A DNA stretch of 64,000 bases from Macrostomum lignano (Eukaryota). Shown piece after piece: positions 63,201 to 64,000 of the stretch. Under the pieces are notes generated by a model, which saw only the letters and a list, made by a program, of their open reading frames with translations, made no database searches and had not been told where the DNA came from. The DNA lies in the NCBI GenBank assembly GCA_002269645.1, contig NIVC01002338.1, forward strand, positions 63,967 through 127,966, in the 5' to 3' direction. Every line of letters starts with the position of its first letter. The stretch's first letter is position 1. A program made the translations under genes and the position numbers.

Positions 63201-64000
63201 AGGTTGCTATCGCCAAGGATTCCCATTCCTTTCTGAGTGTCCCTTCGTTTTAATTCCATCGCCTGGTAAAACGAAACACCTTCGGGATTGATCTGCAGGT
63301 AGTACCAGGTAGAATGGTCCCTTGGAATGGCTGAAAGTATGACGAATATGTCACCTGAGGTGGCGGCAGTGAAGTGAATGCAGTTTTCTTCCTTCTGCGG
63401 GTCAAGACGATGCGAGTTCACCCACTTGATGTTGCAAGGAACCGCACCCGGCCGCCATACATATCGTTCTTAGCGGTTGCAGAAATTTCAAGCTTTTGTA
63501 CCCTGGCAACAACGGAATTTGCCAGCCAGATTGGCAAAGCTGGTATCCTGGCTTTCGTCGCACGGAAATCTTTCGCATCAACGCGCAGAAATCCAGACGC
63601 TTCATTGTAAGTCATGATAATATTCCTGAAGCAGATCTTTGCCTCTTTGGACTCTGGAATCTCGCAGCCATCGTACAGATGCATGGTCGTTTGTGTGGGC
63701 TCAGTCGCAAACCACATGCCTGATCTGTAGATGAGTCTGAACTTTGACTGCTTCGGAATGAGGCCCGGGATTGCCTCTGGTAAATCGAATGTAACAAGAA
63801 ATGGGTACTTTTCATCTCCGAGAACTTGAGCACAGCCGACTTGCCCTTATTGGCCGCTCTCAGTGCTCCAAGCGTGGCCTCTTCGCACCCTGGCTCACCG
63901 CCTTTGAGTTCGAAAGTCGATGTTGGAAACGGCCCCTCTGCCATGTACACCCCGATGGCCCTCTCCAAGAGATTCTGCGCCTGTCGAGATCTGTCTTGAA
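59947..64000 (-). CDS. Large Cys-rich extracellular protein, 3' part (FAMeT-like beta domain, furin-like repeat, ~25 CxxGxY/F repeats, 2 kringles); 4 frameshifts; extends beyond the window
   Basis: Large exon >64000-61417 (frameshifts near 63820, 63452, 63072, 62990), exon 61320-61051 and terminal exon 60215-59947; GT-AG, phase 1. Confidence 0.8.
60290..60705 (+). repeat. 12-bp minisatellite (agtttaccatag/c)
   Basis: Intron between the two kringle exons. Confidence 0.93.
61051..61320 (-). CDS. Kringle domain 1 exon
   Basis: tttcag acceptor, gtgagt donor; ECYYPGKDF...GPCQSW...NTCRII...KPWCYTKTATKWSHCSIPRC. Confidence 0.88.
61417..62998 (-). CDS. Furin-like plus ephrin-receptor-like/TNFR-like Cys repeat region
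   Basis: CVLACHSECDQCDVARDNKSCRRC, then repeated CxxGxY/F...C units; gtgagc donor at 61416. Confidence 0.87.

Noticed and set aside
62980-63830. Programmed frameshifting or micro-introns explaining the frame changes
   Set aside because: No X XXY YYZ slippery sites and no plausible GT-AG introns of adequate length at the switch points.

Overview
Repeat-rich animal genomic DNA with spliceosomal introns. The style is reminiscent of the flatworm Macrostomum, but that is my inference, not verified. Five host genes can be supported. (1) A 9-coding-exon ARHGAP1/Cdc42GAP-like gene (BCH/Sec14 + RhoGAP, minus, 25851-4463, ~484 aa). (2) A Gln-rich five-finger C2H2 gene (minus, 28955-28110). (3) A STOML1/UNC-24-like SPFH+SCP2 gene (plus, 45721-48847, ~445 aa). 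(4) A single-SH3 ORF (plus, 55149-56006). (5) The 3' part of a large Cys-rich extracellular protein gene ending in two kringles (minus, >64000-59947), with four frameshifts. Most of the long ORFs in the track are artefacts of minisatellites, which fill nearly every intron. I resolved many TIR DNA transposons by eye, several with exact TSDs (Merlin, MULE-like, hAT/P-like, CMC/EnSpm-like), plus a CpG-decayed Gypsy remnant. The most striking structure is a 4.9-kb foldback element (38761-43636, 8-bp TSD). Its inverted arms are 80-bp termini plus tandem 177-bp arrays, and its centre is a 5'-truncated RTE-group non-LTR retrotransposon with an intact RT ORF and no TSD of its own. No CRISPR array, rRNA or intact tRNA was found.
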